DNA of 64,000 nucleotides from Selaginella moellendorffii (Eukaryota; Plantae; Lycopodiophyta): NCBI RefSeq assembly GCF_000143415.4, contig NW_003314338.1, positions 382,202 to 446,201 of the forward strand, read 5' to 3'. Shown piece by piece: positions 61,417 to 64,000 of this stretch (position 1 is its first letter; each line of letters starts with the position of its first letter). The notes under the pieces were generated by a model. It saw only the letters and a program-made list of their open reading frames with translations, ran no database searches and was not told where the DNA came from. The position numbers and the translations under genes were made by a program.

Positions 61417-61874
61417 ATGGATCATAGAGTGATCATTGCACTTGTGTTTCTTAAGCTTTTGTGCTTTGGCGTGGTTTATAGCGCTGATTGCTATGGGGGT
61501 TCCATGCCAAACGGGCTTACAGTATCTAATTACCAAGGAGCTGCCAACCTTTTTTGTGGGGCTGATTTAGCCAACAATGGGAAAACATACATCTTTGGGT
61601 TTGACTCATCTGGAAGGAGAAAAAGTGTTACCCTGACTTTCAGAGGGAATGCCAAAGCAAAATATTGCACGGTAATCGATGCAAGGTTTGAACAATGGTG
61701 AAATTTACTAATTACTTGGTAATTCTGAATGTTTAGACTGCGTATAACAATATCATCAGCCAATGCATGCAAGCCACATGTGGGCGGAATGCCTGTCCAC
61801 AAAAGGCAGGTAAATGGGATTGGTCGTTAAATGGCGAAGAAGCCCACTACACTATTGATGGCACTGTTGCTTGA
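61417..61874 (+). CDS. Small secreted Cys-rich protein, 130 aa; exons 61417-61671 and 61737-61874
   Basis: Signal peptide MDHRVIIALVFLKLLCFGVVYS; a 65-nt GT-AG intron joins ...AKYCT to TAYNNIISQCMQATCGRNACPQKAGKWDWSLNGEEAHYTIDGTVA*; six Cys in the mature chain. Confidence 0.75.
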
Positions 61875-62125
61875 TTTGCCAAATCTAAAATAAAATATAA
61901 AATAATATAAAATGATATAATAAAGGGACCAACAAGAAAAATGTGCACCTTTTGAATTATAAAATAAATAGTTCCAGGTGTGATAGATTATGACATTAAA
62001 AGATCACGGCATTGGCAGGACAATTTCTAGTTTATGTCCCCATATGCAAATATATAACAGCGTATTTCATGCTGTACATGGCATCAGTATATCTCATCCA
62101 TGAACAAAAATCGATCAAAAATCGA

Positions 62126-64000
62126 TCATCCCCCACGAACTTCAATCACGTCTCCGTCCCTGAGCTCCACCAGCGGCAGTGCGAGCTGCCCGTTCACGTA
62201 CATGATCTTGTTGTCGATGCCCATGCGCTGGGCTGCGTCCGAGACTGTGCTCCCGGCAGGCATTCGAACGATATCACCGTTTGGCCACGAGATCACCAAG
62301 ACCTCCGTGAGAACAGCCGAGCTCGGATCATCCGGATGCCGTGCCGCCTCAAAGTGGACCTCTTTTTCCCACTGGAGCATCGATCTCAGCAGCTTCACCT
62401 GTGTTTTCGCAAACTTTCCTTGTGATGGAACGCAAAAGCTTTTCGCTTCCTTACCTTGTTGTTAAGTCGCGTTGTCGCCGATCCCGAGCTTAAGTTCTGG
62501 CTTGACATCGATGTCCCAGCCTGGGTTTGGAGCTCTATCTCGATTCCTTCGTCCACCATGGTCATCACTTCCATGTACTCTTTAAGTTCGCGAGCATCCA
62601 ATTCTAGCAGCTGGAGAAATGTTGGCAATGGACGGTGAAATTGATCCTTCTGTTCGTCAGGCAGCCACAATGTTTTTTACTTGCCTGCCTTGAAAGAAAC
62701 ATAAAAGCAAGGAACCACGAACCTTGTGATAGATATGATCCCCGCATAAGACATATTTCTCGAGACAGGTATCCCAATCACCGTGTCCCGGAGCAAACCA
62801 CCAGCTTTTGGCCACCTGATATTTTCCCGCTCTAGTTACGGAGAAACAAAACTGTGAACAAACCTTGCTGTACATGTACGCAAAAATCTTCCACCGATCC
62901 TTATCGTCGAATGAAGCTCCAGATACTATAGCTTCTCCAGAACTTACAGCCACCAGCAGCTCTTTCCCATCATGGTCTACTCTGCAAGCAACACAATTAA
63001 AACCGCGAGTAATTGGATTCAGGTTTCCTCGAGAGGGACCTTATGACAACAGCTGCTCGAAGACTTCCACCTTCGATTCTAAGAGCAGGGTATCTCAACT
63101 GGACTTGCTTGGAGGGTGTAGACGATGATGGCGTTAGATCCGTGTCCGAATCTCTGCCATTTGTAGGCAGAGCCTGCGTCATAACTGGAGCTCCACTCTC
63201 TTTGTAAAGCCAATGAGCAGCATTTCCGCTCTCTGCTTGTTCATGCATCAGCTTGTATCAAAGACAAACTTTGTGTAAGTAAAGAGAATCTTAGTAAACT
63301 CTCCATACCTGAGTACGAATTTGCACCTCTAGGGGGGCACCGTCAGGTCCTCTCACAGCCGTGTGAAGAGACTAGAGGATAAAACAGCTACAGTGTAAGA
63401 TTAATTCAACCTGAGACGCTGCATACCTGATATCCACTTGGTTTTGGATTCAAAATATAGTCGTCAAACTCCCCACTAATAGGCATCCACAATCTACAGA
63501 ACGATGCTCGCGTTAAGTGGTCCTCAAAGTAAAAGAATTTGGCAAAGAAATAAATCACCTGTGGACCACGTCAAGAAGGCTGTAACACCCTTTGATGGCG
63601 GCCACATGGAGCTTTCCTCCACCGTCTCCAACGACAACTCTCAAAGCACGAGCATCATAAATTTGATCCAGATGAACACCTTTTCTCTTCATCTGCAAGC
63701 CTTGGTAAGAGTGTGTGACCGTAAAACAAGCGAGCTGTCACCTTGGAATGCGTGCTATACAGGCTCTTTAATCGACCAGATAGAGTTACTTCAGTTCCAG
63801 GGATGTATCTATAAGTTGCGGGATTAGTACGCTGAATGTAATACTTCGGATTGGTAAGAACCTTACGGGGTGGAAATCGCTACTTCTTTATCAAGTGCCT
63901 CTTCGCAAAGGGAGAGAGCCGCAAGCGCAACTTTAGTATCTTCGATCACCTTGCTTTTGGACAGAGACGGTGGCAAACCAAATTTTTGCTTTCCACGATT
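62126..64000 (-). CDS. RelA/SpoT homolog ((p)ppGpp synthetase domain plus C-terminal TGS-like domain), 3' part only
   Basis: YDARALRVVVGD, EFDDYILNPKPSGYQ/SLHTAV.GPDG.PLEVQIRT, MHE.AE.G.AAHWLYKE and terminal VNGQL......LRDGDVIEVR; continues beyond the window. Confidence 0.92.

Overview
Eukaryotic plant nuclear DNA. Very short GT-AG introns (50-70 nt), 100-200 bp gene spacing and an S-repeat-rich PLS-PPR gene point to a non-seed land plant, most likely a Selaginella-type lycophyte (inference). No CRISPR, rRNA or intact tRNA was seen. The left 14 kb is a rearranged triplication of a small heat-shock protein gene, a two-exon secreted cystine-knot (knottin) peptide gene that the ORF track misses, and eIF3d, as intact, truncated and relic copies. 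The 13.7-36.8 kb core is gene-dense: a phytocyanin, a conserved unknown protein, NOC3, CHMP1, a WOX-like pseudogene with a perfect 57-bp palindrome, a thrombospondin-1-repeat/EGF membrane protein, LSM3, a SWAP70-like PH protein, a DUF676 esterase, a possible flagellar protein and a PLS-E PPR. The right half has a tandem lineage-specific family with a possible restriction-endonuclease-like fold, an assembly gap with a long TA/TATATG microsatellite, decayed Copia and Gypsy elements, a MATE gene plus pseudogene, a fungal-effector-like (KP4/Ecp2-type) secreted protein and the 3' part of a RelA/SpoT homolog. Best leads: the TSP1/EGF surface protein, the RKLL-processed knottin family and the KP4/Ecp2-like protein. 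All family calls come from motif recognition; no searches were run.
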